Shown one piece after another: positions 10,226-20,648 of a stretch of DNA of 64,000 nucleotides. The DNA lies in assembly GCA_018238155.1 (NCBI GenBank), contig JABCTZ010000041.1, positions 32,001-96,000 on the forward strand. The letters are read 5' to 3'. The notes below the pieces were generated by a model. That model was not told the DNA's origin and made no database searches. It saw nothing but the letters and a program-made list of their open reading frames with translations. This DNA comes from Candidatus Heimdallarchaeota archaeon (GTDB lineage Archaea; Asgardarchaeota; Heimdallarchaeia; JABLTI01). How positions within the stretch are numbered: position 1 is the first letter of the stretch; each line of letters begins with the position of its first letter. Both the position numbers and the translations under genes were made by a program.

Positions 10226-11524
10226 ATGAACTTTAGAATAAGAAAAAGATGGTTAGTTGTAATTGGAGCAATCTCTTCTCAATTGGCTATTGGAGCATTA
10301 TACGCATGGAGTCATTTTAATGAACCAATTTCAATAGCATTTGGATGGTCAATCACTAGTGTTTACACAACATACACGATTGCATTAGCAACATTCGCAT
10401 TAACGATGAACTTTACAGGTTGGTTACAATTAAAATTGGGACCAAGAATAACTTCACTTATCGGAGGTATCCTATATAGTGGTGGGGTTCTGTTATCCTC
10501 TTTGGCAAAGTCACATGCAGCATTATACATCTTTTATGGTGTGATTACAGGTGCAGGGGTTGCGTTCGTCTATGTATGTCAGTTAGCTACTCTGGTAAAG
10601 TGGTTCCCGAATAGAAAAGGTGCCATTACGGGACTAGCAACTGCTGGATTTGCATTGGGTGGATTCATGTTTAGTAATATATTGAAAGCGTTGTTTAACG
10701 TAGAAGATATATATTTAACGCCAGAAAAGATTTCTATTACATTCCTAATTGTAGGTATTATTTTTGCAGTGATGACAATTGGTGGAGCATTATTACTAGA
10801 TGTTCCAGAACAAGAGAAAGCACAAACGAATGATAAGTTTACAGAAGGTAAAAACTTTAACAGACTAGATATGTTAAAAACTAGAAACTTCTACAAGTTA
10901 TTGTTCAGTGACATGTTGGCATTGATGCCTGGATTATTAATTATTGGTTTGGCAAAAGACATCGGTCAAGATCCAGATTACCTCGGGCTAAATTATAGTA
11001 CTGCTGCATTGATAGTTAGTATCATCGCAATCATAAATGCTGGTGGACGATTATTATCAGGTGCTTTAGCAGATAAATTTGGGCCATTGAATGTGTATAG
11101 AACGATGTACGTAGTTACAATTCTATCATTGGCTGTATTGGCATTCGTTCCCATGAGTTTCCCAGTCTTCATAATCGCAATCTTTGGTGTCGCGATTTCG
11201 TATGGTTCGTTCTTATCATTAGTTCCTACGATCACAGGAAGACTGTTTGGTGGGAAGAACTTCAGTGCGAACTATGCACTAGTATTCCAAGCATATGGTA
11301 TCGCAGCATTATCAGGAATCCTTATTAAAAGTTTTACAACAGAAACCAATTATATGTTTATAATCGCAATGAGTACGACCATCTTAGGTTTCATTATCTC
11401 AATGTTAATCAAACCGTCAAATGGACAACAAGAAGATGAAAAAGAAGACGAAAGTGATACTGTTCATCTAACTAGTAACTTAGAGGATAATTCAACAGAG
11501 GAATCTAATGAATCAAATTCCTAA
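10226..11524 (+). CDS. MFS transporter, OFA (oxalate:formate antiporter-like) family
   Basis: GALYAWS, KWFPNRKGAITG, GRLLSGALADKFG, FGGKNFSANY; about 12 TM segments; GGAG upstream of ATG 10226. Confidence 0.9.
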   Translation: MNFRIRKRWLVVIGAISSQLAIGALYAWSHFNEPISIAFGWSITSVYTTYTIALATFALTMNFTGWLQLKLGPRITSLIGGILYSGGVLLSSLAKSHAALYIFYGVITGAGVAFVYVCQLATLVKWFPNRKGAITGLATAGFALGGFMFSNILKALFNVEDIYLTPEKISITFLIVGIIFAVMTIGGALLLDVPEQEKAQTNDKFTEGKNFNRLDMLKTRNFYKLLFSDMLALMPGLLIIGLAKDIGQDPDYLGLNYSTAALIVSIIAIINAGGRLLSGALADKFGPLNVYRTMYVVTILSLAVLAFVPMSFPVFIIAIFGVAISYGSFLSLVPTITGRLFGGKNFSANYALVFQAYGIAALSGILIKSFTTETNYMFIIAMSTTILGFIISMLIKPSNGQQEDEKEDESDTVHLTSNLEDNSTEESNESNS

Positions 11525-11770
11525 TCCTCTTTATTCTTTTGACGATAAAGTAGTGTTAAAATAGTACATCAGCACTACATAGCGTGGAGTTAGAATAGTT
11601 AGTAATACTGCTATAAATTCTGAAGAATCCACGACTAAAACATCGTGTGCATAAATATCTCCCGTTGATAAATAGTTTGAATCAATGTTTAGATTTCCGC
11701 TCTCAGCTTCAAGCGTAATATTACTTCCCGACTTAGTAATTTTTAATGCGTTGCCACCAACAACTAATCT

Positions 11771-11945
11771 ATCAGGTGGTTCAGGACCAATGTATCTTTT
11801 TGGTGATCATATGCCTGTTGTATCATTGGGCTCTGGAAATGCAAATAGTAATGCCCATGCACCAAATGAAAACATCTATGTTGATGATTTTATTGACGGT
11901 ATGAAAATGATTGTAAATGTTTTAGATGAATTCCGAAATTGGTAG
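11771..11945 (+). pseudogene. M20 peptidase, C-terminal fragment
   Basis: SGGSGPMYLF...SNAHAPNENIYVDDFIDG is the conserved M20 C-terminus; the preceding part of ORF 11685 is not homologous. Confidence 0.75.
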
Positions 11946-12028
11946 ATTACCGAGTGAATACATTATTGACTAGAAATTTCAAAAAAATAGATGATAATTT
12001 GAAAGAAACAAATTTTCTTTCAAACTTT

Positions 12029-12394
12029 TTATTTTTCTAACAGTGGAATAACACAGATAAATTTCAAAGTTTCAGAGCCAACGGTTTCATAACCGTGAGG
12101 TTCATCAGGGGGCATATAAATTACATCATTTGCTTTCACATGTGTTTTCGTTCCATCTTCAGCGATTAAATTGCATTCTCCTTGTAAGATAAATATTTCA
12201 TGTTCTTCTGGATGATTATGCATTCCAATATACGCACCTGTTTCCAGAGTAAACAGTCGCATTGCAAAACGAGGGGCACCTTGCTCCTTACTAATTAGCC
12301 ATTGTATGGATGTTTTTGTTGATCCATAGCTTGTTACTGCTTCTTTCTTCACAGAATCACTATTTATTACTAACATCATTTTCCACCTATGCAT
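12029..12394 (-). CDS. Cupin domain protein
   Basis: FAMRLFTL, HNHPEEHEIFIL, PPDEPHGY metal-binding cupin motifs; true start is probably a few codons in. Confidence 0.9.
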   Translation of the reverse strand: MHRWKMMLVINSDSVKKEAVTSYGSTKTSIQWLISKEQGAPRFAMRLFTLETGAYIGMHNHPEEHEIFILQGECNLIAEDGTKTHVKANDVIYMPPDEPHGYETVGSETLKFICVIPLLEK

Positions 12395-12444
12395 GATTGA
12401 TTGTTTGACTTATTTTCATATTCTCTTTTTAATTTAGTGGAAAA

Positions 12445-12597
12445 TTAGAATATATCTATGTAAACCTCGACTGCTTCTTTTATATTCTCTAATACTTCCT
12501 CCCTTGATTCCCCTTGAAATATGCAACCTGGAAGTGTAGGTAAATATATTACGTATCCCCCTTCTTCTGCTTTCTCTAAAACAACATTGAATAACAT
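12445..12597 (-). CDS. HicB-family antitoxin-like protein (50 aa)
   Basis: Not in ORF track. MLFNVVLEKAEEGGYVIYLPTLPGCIFQGESREEVLENIKEAVEVYIDIF* matches the HicB RNase H-like signature. Confidence 0.85.
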   Translation of the reverse strand: MLFNVVLEKAEEGGYVIYLPTLPGCIFQGESREEVLENIKEAVEVYIDIF

Positions 12598-12731
12598 AAT
12601 CTATTATTTCTTTTTATTTTTCATCTTTCTTTTAATACTCGTTTTTATACTAATTTGTAGGTGTTAGTATAACCTCATGAAATTTTTCCTCTTGTGTGAG
12701 TTTGAAGAGTTTTCTTTTATAAAAGATAATT

Positions 12732-13643
12732 TTATGACAAATATTTTTGTAGTAATTTTACTACTTCGTCGTGACCATTCTTGAGGGCAGCTTGAATTGC
12801 TGATTGTGTGTAATCATCATGCATAGTAGATATTTCAACTTCAATAGTAGGGTCAGCATCATACTCAAGAAGCAATTTAACAACATCTACAAACCCATCA
12901 TTTGCAGCAAAATAGAGTGCTGTTCCGTTAACAGTAGTTTTGATGTTTACATCTGCTCCCCTCTCGAGTAATAGTGTTACAATGGAAGTAAAACCATTCA
13001 TACAAACTTCCATAAGTGCCGTCCAACCCAAATTACTAACAGCATTAATATCTACTCCATTTTCAAGAAGGAAAGTCACTATGTCAAGCTGATTTCTTCT
13101 TACAGCCCATCGTAAAACTGACATCCCTCGATCTTCCATGATATTGATATTTGCTCCAGACTTGAGTGCTTTTTTAACAGATTCCAGATCACCATTATAG
13201 ACTGCTTTGAATAATTTAGTATCTTTTCTGTTACATTCTTCAGTTGAAGGTTTAATCTGTTCAACTCGTTTCTTTCGAATTAAGTCAGCAATGATTGGAT
13301 ATCTTCCTGACATAGATACTATGCTATTAATATCGCTCAAAATTCTATCTGGATATGGTCCTCCTTTTTCCAAAAGCAATTTCACTGCTTCTATTTGACC
13401 ATCTCGAGCAGCTAGATGCAAAGGTGTGAAATCAGCTAATTCCAATTTTATTGCATCTGCACCCTTCTCTAAAAGATATGAAATAATCTCTAAATGTCCT
13501 TTGCTTGCAGCAATATGTAAAGCAGTTCCTTCCCATTGGCTAGCTTTGTTAACCTTCGCTCCAAGTTCAAGTGCTTTCTTAATCCCAGCCAAGTCGCCAT
13601 TTGTTGCTGCTTCAAAAAGTAATTCATTAACTTTTTTCGACAT
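12732..13643 (-). CDS. Ankyrin repeat protein
   Basis: Repeats GTALHIAASKGH, TPLHLAARDGQ, GWTALMEVCMNG, GTALYFAANDG. Confidence 0.95.
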   Translation of the reverse strand: MSKKVNELLFEAATNGDLAGIKKALELGAKVNKASQWEGTALHIAASKGHLEIISYLLEKGADAIKLELADFTPLHLAARDGQIEAVKLLLEKGGPYPDRILSDINSIVSMSGRYPIIADLIRKKRVEQIKPSTEECNRKDTKLFKAVYNGDLESVKKALKSGANINIMEDRGMSVLRWAVRRNQLDIVTFLLENGVDINAVSNLGWTALMEVCMNGFTSIVTLLLERGADVNIKTTVNGTALYFAANDGFVDVVKLLLEYDADPTIEVEISTMHDDYTQSAIQAALKNGHDEVVKLLQKYLS

Positions 13644-13758
13644 ATGTATTCAATTAAATTGTTAATTAATAATTTATCTGAAATGTGACATCAATTATTT
13701 TCTAAAAATACAAATAAAGAAATGAAATAATAGAAAAAGAAGAGTTCTAGGATTTAAC

Positions 13759-15921
13759 CTAGAATAAACCTCTTAACCAAGCTTCTAATAATGCTAACAA
13801 ACCATCTCCACCATTAATCAATAACATTAAACCGATGAAAATAGTTGAAGTGAGTGTCATAACAACAAGCAGAGTATTGATGCTTGGACCTGCTGTGTCC
13901 TTAAATGGATCTCCAACAGTATCACCAGTGATTGCGGCTCTGTGTGTTGGGGTATCTTTTCCACCTAAGTTGCCATCCTCTATCCATTTTTTCGCATTGT
14001 CCCAGGCTCCTCCGGCATTGGACATGAATATTGCGAATACAAAACCAGAAAGAATTGCTCCTACAATAAATGCACCTAAAGCGGCTACTCCAAATATTAT
14101 ACCAACTAGTAAGGGCATTGCTACAGAAAGAATACTTGGAAGGACTAATTCTTTTAGTGCTCCTTTTGTTGCAATATTTATGGTTTTATGGAAATCGGGC
14201 GGTTCTGTTCCTTCTAAGATTTTAGGATTAGATTCAAATTGAGCTCGTATTTCTTCGACCATTAATGTAGCATTTTTTTGAACAGATAATATCAAAAGTG
14301 CTGAGAAAAGAACTGGCGCAACAACACCTAGGAATGCTCCAATTAACACATAGATGTTCAGAAGGTCCATTCCTGTTCCACCTTTGATTGCAGCAATAAT
14401 TCCTGCTTCTGTTGCAAAAGAGAACAATAATGCAAATACAGCTAAATTAGCTGCTCCTATTGCAAATCCTTTTGTAATTGCTTTAGCAGTATTTCCAGCA
14501 GAATCTAACTTATCTGCAACGCGTATTACGTCTTCTCCAAGTCCACCTTGTTCAGCAATTGCTCTGGCATTATCAACTATAGGACCATATGCATCATTGG
14601 AAACAACAGTTCCTACTATTGCCAACATTCCAACAGCAGCCATTGCTACACCGTAAACGCCACCTAACCAATAAGATAGAATCATAGCTACTGAAATTCC
14701 AAGTGCGGGTGGTACGACACTTAGTAAACCATAGGAAAATCCTGAGAGAATGACTACTGCATCGCCTTCTTGAGCTGCACGTGAAATATTCTTCACTGGT
14801 GGTTTATCATCTCGAGTAAAGAAGTCACTTGTCCAACCAATAATGATACCGCATAATAAACCAATAATTACGGCAAAATAATTTTTCCACATTATCCACG
14901 TTTCGGCTGGTGTAATACCTGGTGTTGTTGCAGTTAATATCCAAACAAATAATGCACCAAGTGCGGCAAAAATAGCTGTAGCAATATAAGTTCCAAGGTT
15001 CAATAATTTCCCTGGATCTTTTGTTTTCAACCATTTTATTAGTATTATTCCAATTAAAGAAGCGAACAATCCCACACCAGATAATAAGATTGGAAATATC
15101 GCAAATGCACCCTGTACTGCATCTGAAAGTGAAGCAAAAATAACATTTGATAGCAACATTGCTGCCAAAATGGATGCTACAAAAGAGTCGAACAAATCAC
15201 TGCCCATACCAGCAATATCACCTACATTGTCACCAACATTATCAGCAATTGTAGCGGGATTGCGCACATCATCTTCTGGTAAATGATATTCTGCTTTTCC
15301 AACTAAATCAGCACCAACATCAGCTGTTTTTGTAAAAATTCCACCACCGCATTTCATAAACAAAGCAATAGTGCTTGCACCAAAACTAAAACCCAAAATT
15401 ACTACTGGAGTTTGGAAAATCCAATATATTGTTGTTATACCAATAAGAGCAGATCCCACAACAGCTAAGCCCATAACAGACCCACCGAAGAATGCAACAT
15501 CAAATCCTTTGTCTAAGCTTTTTGTGCATCCTTGAGCTGCTCTTGTGTTTGCTTTAACGCCAATAATCATACCTAAGTATCCAGCAAACATTGAAGCTGC
15601 TGAACCTACTATATAAGCAATAGCTTGTTCCCAATTTAGTTCTGGTATGAAAATGGGTATTTTTCCTTCAGAAGTTAATTCAGACGGTAAGAATAATAAA
15701 ATTACTAAGAATAACACACCTACAAAAATGGATAATATTTTGTATTGTGTTTTGATAAATGTCTTAGCTCCATCTTCGATGTATCCTGAAACCTCAACCA
15801 TTTTTTCGTTTCCAGGATCCTCTTTTAAAACAATTATACTAAAGATTATAGCTACGGCAATAGATATTACACCTGCAATCAAAGCCACAATCAGTAAAAT
15901 AGGCACAACCATAATATTCAC
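13759..15921 (-). CDS. hppA: Membrane H+-translocating pyrophosphatase, probably K+-independent
   Basis: GGGIFTKTADVGADLVGK, EDDVRNPATIADNVGDNVGD, GDTVGDPFKDTAGPS; GNTAKA has Lys at the K+-dependence site. Confidence 0.95.
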   Translation of the reverse strand: MNIMVVPILLIVALIAGVISIAVAIIFSIIVLKEDPGNEKMVEVSGYIEDGAKTFIKTQYKILSIFVGVLFLVILLFLPSELTSEGKIPIFIPELNWEQAIAYIVGSAASMFAGYLGMIIGVKANTRAAQGCTKSLDKGFDVAFFGGSVMGLAVVGSALIGITTIYWIFQTPVVILGFSFGASTIALFMKCGGGIFTKTADVGADLVGKAEYHLPEDDVRNPATIADNVGDNVGDIAGMGSDLFDSFVASILAAMLLSNVIFASLSDAVQGAFAIFPILLSGVGLFASLIGIILIKWLKTKDPGKLLNLGTYIATAIFAALGALFVWILTATTPGITPAETWIMWKNYFAVIIGLLCGIIIGWTSDFFTRDDKPPVKNISRAAQEGDAVVILSGFSYGLLSVVPPALGISVAMILSYWLGGVYGVAMAAVGMLAIVGTVVSNDAYGPIVDNARAIAEQGGLGEDVIRVADKLDSAGNTAKAITKGFAIGAANLAVFALLFSFATEAGIIAAIKGGTGMDLLNIYVLIGAFLGVVAPVLFSALLILSVQKNATLMVEEIRAQFESNPKILEGTEPPDFHKTINIATKGALKELVLPSILSVAMPLLVGIIFGVAALGAFIVGAILSGFVFAIFMSNAGGAWDNAKKWIEDGNLGGKDTPTHRAAITGDTVGDPFKDTAGPSINTLLVVMTLTSTIFIGLMLLINGGDGLLALLEAWLRGLF

Positions 15922-16182
15922 TCGTTTTCTTTATTCCTCTCAAATAATTTCACGGATAATATTTAAAATTTGTTCAAGGCTTGTTGTTTTTATTACCAAA
16001 AATAGTGTTTTAACTTGATCTTTTTATATATCAATCGCTTTTTTGCTCAAGCTTCAATTGAAAAAAAATTATTACCAATAACCAAATAGGAGTAAATTTA
16101 ACTTTTTTTCGATAAAAGCAAACTTTTTGAAGAGAAAGAGCAATATTACACGGGAATAAATGGTATAGCAGGAAGAAACACA

Positions 16183-16983
16183 TTGTTAAACAAGGAAAAA
16201 TTGTCTGAAGAATTTCTTGAATTCATCAATGGCATACCACATGCAATATTTGAGATAGTTTATGATATTGAAACTGATTTAGTAAAATTCACTTTTTTAA
16301 ATCTTACTGCCAAAGATTTCTTTAAGAGAATCATTGATGAGGAAGCTTTTGAAAGCGGTTTCAAATTACAAGAGTTATTTGATTCAGAAGAAAATTTGAT
16401 TTACTTCAAATTTAGAAATGATTTATTAGTAAATAATGAATTAGTGATTCGGAATACAGAATATCTATTGAACACAAAAATTGGAAAACAAATACTAATA
16501 CAAGGTTCTTTCACATCGAAAAAGGGAAAAGAGAATATTATCATACGTGGGTTACTATGTGAAAAATCTGAAATTATTAAAAAGGAAATACCAAAATCAA
16601 AGCTAGACCACTATAATACTATTGAAGAAGAAATAGAAAAGTTGAATGATTTTTTCACCTCATTTAATGCTTTAATTATGATTTTAAATGAAGAAGGTAA
16701 AATATTATTTGTTTCGCCAAATATAGATGAGAGTAAGCTTTACCAACCTAAGAATAAGATTATTGGAAAAAAACTAAATGAAATTTTCCCAAAAGGACAA
16801 GCAAAATTTTTCACACAATATATCAATGAAGTTTTCAGAAATGGAGAAGCAATCAGCTTCGAGTACCATTTGCCTATTAATAACAAAGTATTATGGTTCC
16901 AATGTAGAATTATTCCAGTGTATGTCAAAGATGAGAAATTTACTCAAACTGTTGCAATTATCAGGGACATAACGAAATGGTGA
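16183..16983 (+). CDS. Stand-alone tandem PAS domain protein
   Basis: LIMILNEEGKILFVSP...IIGKKLNEIFP...WFQCRIIP...AIIRDIT; no kinase domain. Confidence 0.8.
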   Translation: MLNKEKLSEEFLEFINGIPHAIFEIVYDIETDLVKFTFLNLTAKDFFKRIIDEEAFESGFKLQELFDSEENLIYFKFRNDLLVNNELVIRNTEYLLNTKIGKQILIQGSFTSKKGKENIIIRGLLCEKSEIIKKEIPKSKLDHYNTIEEEIEKLNDFFTSFNALIMILNEEGKILFVSPNIDESKLYQPKNKIIGKKLNEIFPKGQAKFFTQYINEVFRNGEAISFEYHLPINNKVLWFQCRIIPVYVKDEKFTQTVAIIRDITKW

Positions 16984-17102
16984 GTAGAACCTATTGCCAA
17001 AGAAAAGTAAATTTTTCACAGATAATTTTTTCATGTAACATCTAACCAAAAGTATTATTATTTAATAAAATAATAACACAATCCATTCTAGGATGAATCT
17101 CA

Positions 17103-19166
17103 ATGGAACTTCATAAACTTTGGCCGAAAGAATTACAAACTCACTACTGGCGTTTAGATGAAAATTATCACAATTTAATTCTAGCAAAAGTCAAAGAAAA
17201 CACAAAAGGAAAAAACATTCTAATGAATTTTATCTCTGCAATAGACGAGTTAATAGATTCGAAAGGTATGTGCATGAGTAATTCTGAATTCTTATTCTTA
17301 GCTGCAGCTGTAAAGGTTATTCAAGGTAAATCTGAAGCAATTCAAGATATTTGCAGAATGGATGAATTTCATCCGGGATTACATAATGCTAAAGCCTTTA
17401 ATTTAATTTCAAGGAAAAAATTTACTGAAGTGCCTTCATTAATTAAGAAAGCCAAAAAATTTGCTAAAGATGTAGATCCCTATAATTATCTTTATGCTCT
17501 TTCCAATGAGATATTGATGTTATATTACACAGGAGTATTTGGTATTATAAAAGATCGGCTAATTTCTCTTAATAAAGAATATAAAAAGATTATAGGCAAA
17601 TTACCTGAAGGAGATAAAAATAGATTAGCTGCTTTAGAAGCTTGCATATTAGGTAAATCTGTAGTAATTTCCTTGAAACGAAGAGAAGGAAGGATAGAAG
17701 AAGGAGCATCGATAGGCCAAGAACTTATTGCGAAAGCAAGAGTAACAGAAAACCGTTATTTGCTTAATCGTCTTCTAAATAATACCGCTTTGTGTTTAGT
17801 GGAAAGTGGAAACCTAAGAGCCGGTTTAAAATATCTTGAAGAAGCATTTGCTTTTTCAGAAAATTTGGGAAATGAGATCCAATTATCTATTGGAGGAAAT
17901 AATATTGGTTTTATTTATCGAAATATGGGAAATATTGAGCAAGCAATGAAATATTTCTACATTGCTCTTGAGCATTCTAAACAAGCAGGAATTGCCCCAT
18001 ACATTATTGCAACTGAAACTAATATAGCTCATTTACACCTAGATTTCGGAAATCCAAAACTTGCACTTGCAGATTCAGATATAGCAATGGAAAGCTTAGA
18101 GAATAGCAATGTTCCTGTACCACCATCAATAGTAATTGCTTTAGATTTATGTCGTGCAGATATCTTTGAATACTTGGAAGATTTCGATAAAGTTCGTGAA
18201 ACTCTTGAACATGCTCTCGAGTTAGTTAAATCTGCAGATTTGAACAAGGAAACACCTAAAATTAAATTAAGATTTGCCCGAATTTCTGCAAAACAACAAA
18301 ACCTTGGAGAAGCAAATCAAAAACTTACAGAAGCGCTCACATTTGCAATTGCAAACAATTCATATGAAATAATTGTTAATGCTAAACTGCAATTAGCTGA
18401 GATTGATTTATTGAGATACCGTATGACAAATCAAAATATTCTTTTGTTAGCTGCTTACGAAAAAATACTCGATTCAGAACAACTTTGTCTTGAGCAAGAT
18501 TACAAATTAATTTTAATTGATGTTTATATTTTGAAAGGATTATTACTTTCGATAAATAATAAAAAGAAAGAGGGAATAAAAGCATTAGAAAAGGCTATTG
18601 AATTAGCGCAAGATCTAAATATCCTTGAAAAAGAACAAGAAGCAAGAAACCAGCTAAGTGAAATTGAGAAAGAAAAGAAAAGTTTACTTGTTAGAATATT
18701 TACTCGGATAAACAAATCAATTAGATCAACGATTGCTTTTGAAAGTGTTACTGGACCTAAAAAAATTGAATCAGATATTCGTGCTTTATTCCTTATCACA
18801 AGAGAATCCGGTTTACCATTCTATCAGAAGGACTTTAGTGAATCCAAACAAATTGATTCCGGATTATTATCGGGTTTATTATCAGCAATTAGAACCATGA
18901 GTCAAACAATACTTAATGCAAAAGAAGGTGGTTTGAAATTAATTGACCATGGAAATGTAGCAATAATGCTTGAAACACGTGAAAGGTTATTTTTTGCTCT
19001 GGTTGTTTCAAAGGAAACATACTTGATTCGTGAAAAACTACGTGATTTTGCAGATTCTTTATCTGATGAAGCAATTATTAAGATAATTGATCAAGGTGTG
19101 ATAAACATAACAGATAAACAAAAAATATTGATCGAGGATCTTATCACTAATACATTTACCAAATAA
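17103..19166 (+). CDS. TPR repeat protein with C-terminal longin-like domain
   Basis: TPR helices (NNIGFIYRNMGNIEQAMKYFYIAL); C-term LFLITRESGLPFY...LLSGLLSAI...LIDHGNVAIML longin pattern. Confidence 0.8.
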   Translation: MELHKLWPKELQTHYWRLDENYHNLILAKVKENTKGKNILMNFISAIDELIDSKGMCMSNSEFLFLAAAVKVIQGKSEAIQDICRMDEFHPGLHNAKAFNLISRKKFTEVPSLIKKAKKFAKDVDPYNYLYALSNEILMLYYTGVFGIIKDRLISLNKEYKKIIGKLPEGDKNRLAALEACILGKSVVISLKRREGRIEEGASIGQELIAKARVTENRYLLNRLLNNTALCLVESGNLRAGLKYLEEAFAFSENLGNEIQLSIGGNNIGFIYRNMGNIEQAMKYFYIALEHSKQAGIAPYIIATETNIAHLHLDFGNPKLALADSDIAMESLENSNVPVPPSIVIALDLCRADIFEYLEDFDKVRETLEHALELVKSADLNKETPKIKLRFARISAKQQNLGEANQKLTEALTFAIANNSYEIIVNAKLQLAEIDLLRYRMTNQNILLLAAYEKILDSEQLCLEQDYKLILIDVYILKGLLLSINNKKKEGIKALEKAIELAQDLNILEKEQEARNQLSEIEKEKKSLLVRIFTRINKSIRSTIAFESVTGPKKIESDIRALFLITRESGLPFYQKDFSESKQIDSGLLSGLLSAIRTMSQTILNAKEGGLKLIDHGNVAIMLETRERLFFALVVSKETYLIREKLRDFADSLSDEAIIKIIDQGVINITDKQKILIEDLITNTFTK

Positions 19167-20594
19167 TTATTTGCTTTTAGTAAAGAATTCAGCGTTCAAT
19201 GAAATAAGATTACTCATACCATAAGGTATTTTTTTTACTAATCCTTTTACTTGTAATCGACCGACACATCTGGAAATAGTTGACTTTGATAAGGAAGTTC
19301 TTCTACAAATGGCTGCTTGTGTTAATTCTTTTCCATCAAGTATTTGTTCAAAAACAAGAAATTCCTTCTCAGTTAAGATTTCCTTCCATTTATCCTTATC
19401 AATTTGCATAATAGCATTTTTTGTTTCTTTATCATGTGTCTCAAGATTAGTTGTATCTCGTTTCTTTGAAAATAACCATTTATCATTTCTATATAAAATA
19501 AATAGAGTTGAGCCAATTCCTACTAGAAATAAACTTGAGATAGTTGTACTGAATATTACTGCTAAATTACTAATAGTATTTACTTGACCTGTGACTGTAA
19601 TTTCTATTGGAAAAGCATCAATACTAAAAATAATAGAGATGTTTCCAGATATTGAACCAACATGAGTTGTATCAATTTCTGCTTTAAGATACATTGCTCT
19701 TCCAACAGCTAAACTCCACGATGTGAAATTTATTCTAATCCATTTTGGAGCTTGAATTGTCCCTCCTAATGGAATGCTTTCATTATTTATTATTAGAAAT
19801 ATTCGATCAATGTTTTTGGTATTTCTTCTTACTTTTCCAACATTCCATTCATTTGGAGATATGTCGAGTTCTTCAAGAATTAATGGACTCGTGAAATTTA
19901 TATTCGAATAAAACGAGATCTTGTTTACTTCTAACCAGGATAAAACAAGTCTTTTCCCAATAGTCGAAATTGTATGTGGGTTTGGAATAGATTTTATCAA
20001 TGCTAATCCTTTGTCAAAAATAATCTTAGTATTTTGTGTGCCCACACGTCGTAACCAATCTATTCCTAATTTATAATTATATTTTGTTGATAATTCCTCT
20101 GTATCTTGAATGAAAGTAATTTTAATATTTCTTGTGAAACCCACAGGAATACTTGATGACAGCGTAAATTGTATTTTTGTAGAATTCGTTAATTTTGTTG
20201 CCGTGAAAGGTAATATTTTGCTATCTGATTCAATGACTTGAATATTCCGAACGAAACCGGCGACTTCAATAGTTTCGATATTTATGCTTTGAAGTGAGTT
20301 TATTCCTTCAACTCCAACAAATTCAATATCTAATTGTATTTGAGCTGTTTTTGTGTGTAAATAACTAGTTATTTTTCCACTAGAAATATCATAATTTGTT
20401 TCTTGTAAGGGTGAGATAGTATTTGGGATAACTGTTGTTACAAATGGTGAACTCAAATCACCTACTGAAGTTGTTTCACCTTTCAATAAAGAAGAGAACA
20501 TAAATTGACTAATAGGGTTTAATGAAAACAATGATGCTAAAAATATCACAACAACTAGGATTGTTAGTATTTTTCTTGTGTTCTTTTTTAGCAT
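19167..20594 (-). CDS. Membrane-anchored winged-HTH transcriptional regulator with large extracytoplasmic domain
   Basis: N-terminal signal/anchor, beta-rich region, TM, then LTEKE...ELTQAAICRRTSLSKSTISRCVGRLQVKGLV. Confidence 0.8.
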   Translation of the reverse strand: MLKKNTRKILTILVVVIFLASLFSLNPISQFMFSSLLKGETTSVGDLSSPFVTTVIPNTISPLQETNYDISSGKITSYLHTKTAQIQLDIEFVGVEGINSLQSINIETIEVAGFVRNIQVIESDSKILPFTATKLTNSTKIQFTLSSSIPVGFTRNIKITFIQDTEELSTKYNYKLGIDWLRRVGTQNTKIIFDKGLALIKSIPNPHTISTIGKRLVLSWLEVNKISFYSNINFTSPLILEELDISPNEWNVGKVRRNTKNIDRIFLIINNESIPLGGTIQAPKWIRINFTSWSLAVGRAMYLKAEIDTTHVGSISGNISIIFSIDAFPIEITVTGQVNTISNLAVIFSTTISSLFLVGIGSTLFILYRNDKWLFSKKRDTTNLETHDKETKNAIMQIDKDKWKEILTEKEFLVFEQILDGKELTQAAICRRTSLSKSTISRCVGRLQVKGLVKKIPYGMSNLISLNAEFFTKSK

Positions 20595-20648
20595 GATTAA
20601 TTACTCCAATTAGTTATTACTTCAATAGGTTTATTCAAAACTTTAAAA

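Noticed and set aside
11685-11770. ORF 11685-11945 as an independent gene
   Set aside because: Only the part from ~11771 is M20-like; the ATG lies in inserted sequence that is probably coding on the opposite strand.
16981-17010. Selenocysteine readthrough of TGA in the PAS gene
   Set aside because: Not a redox-motif position and no SECIS recognised; a true stop or nonsense mutation is simpler.
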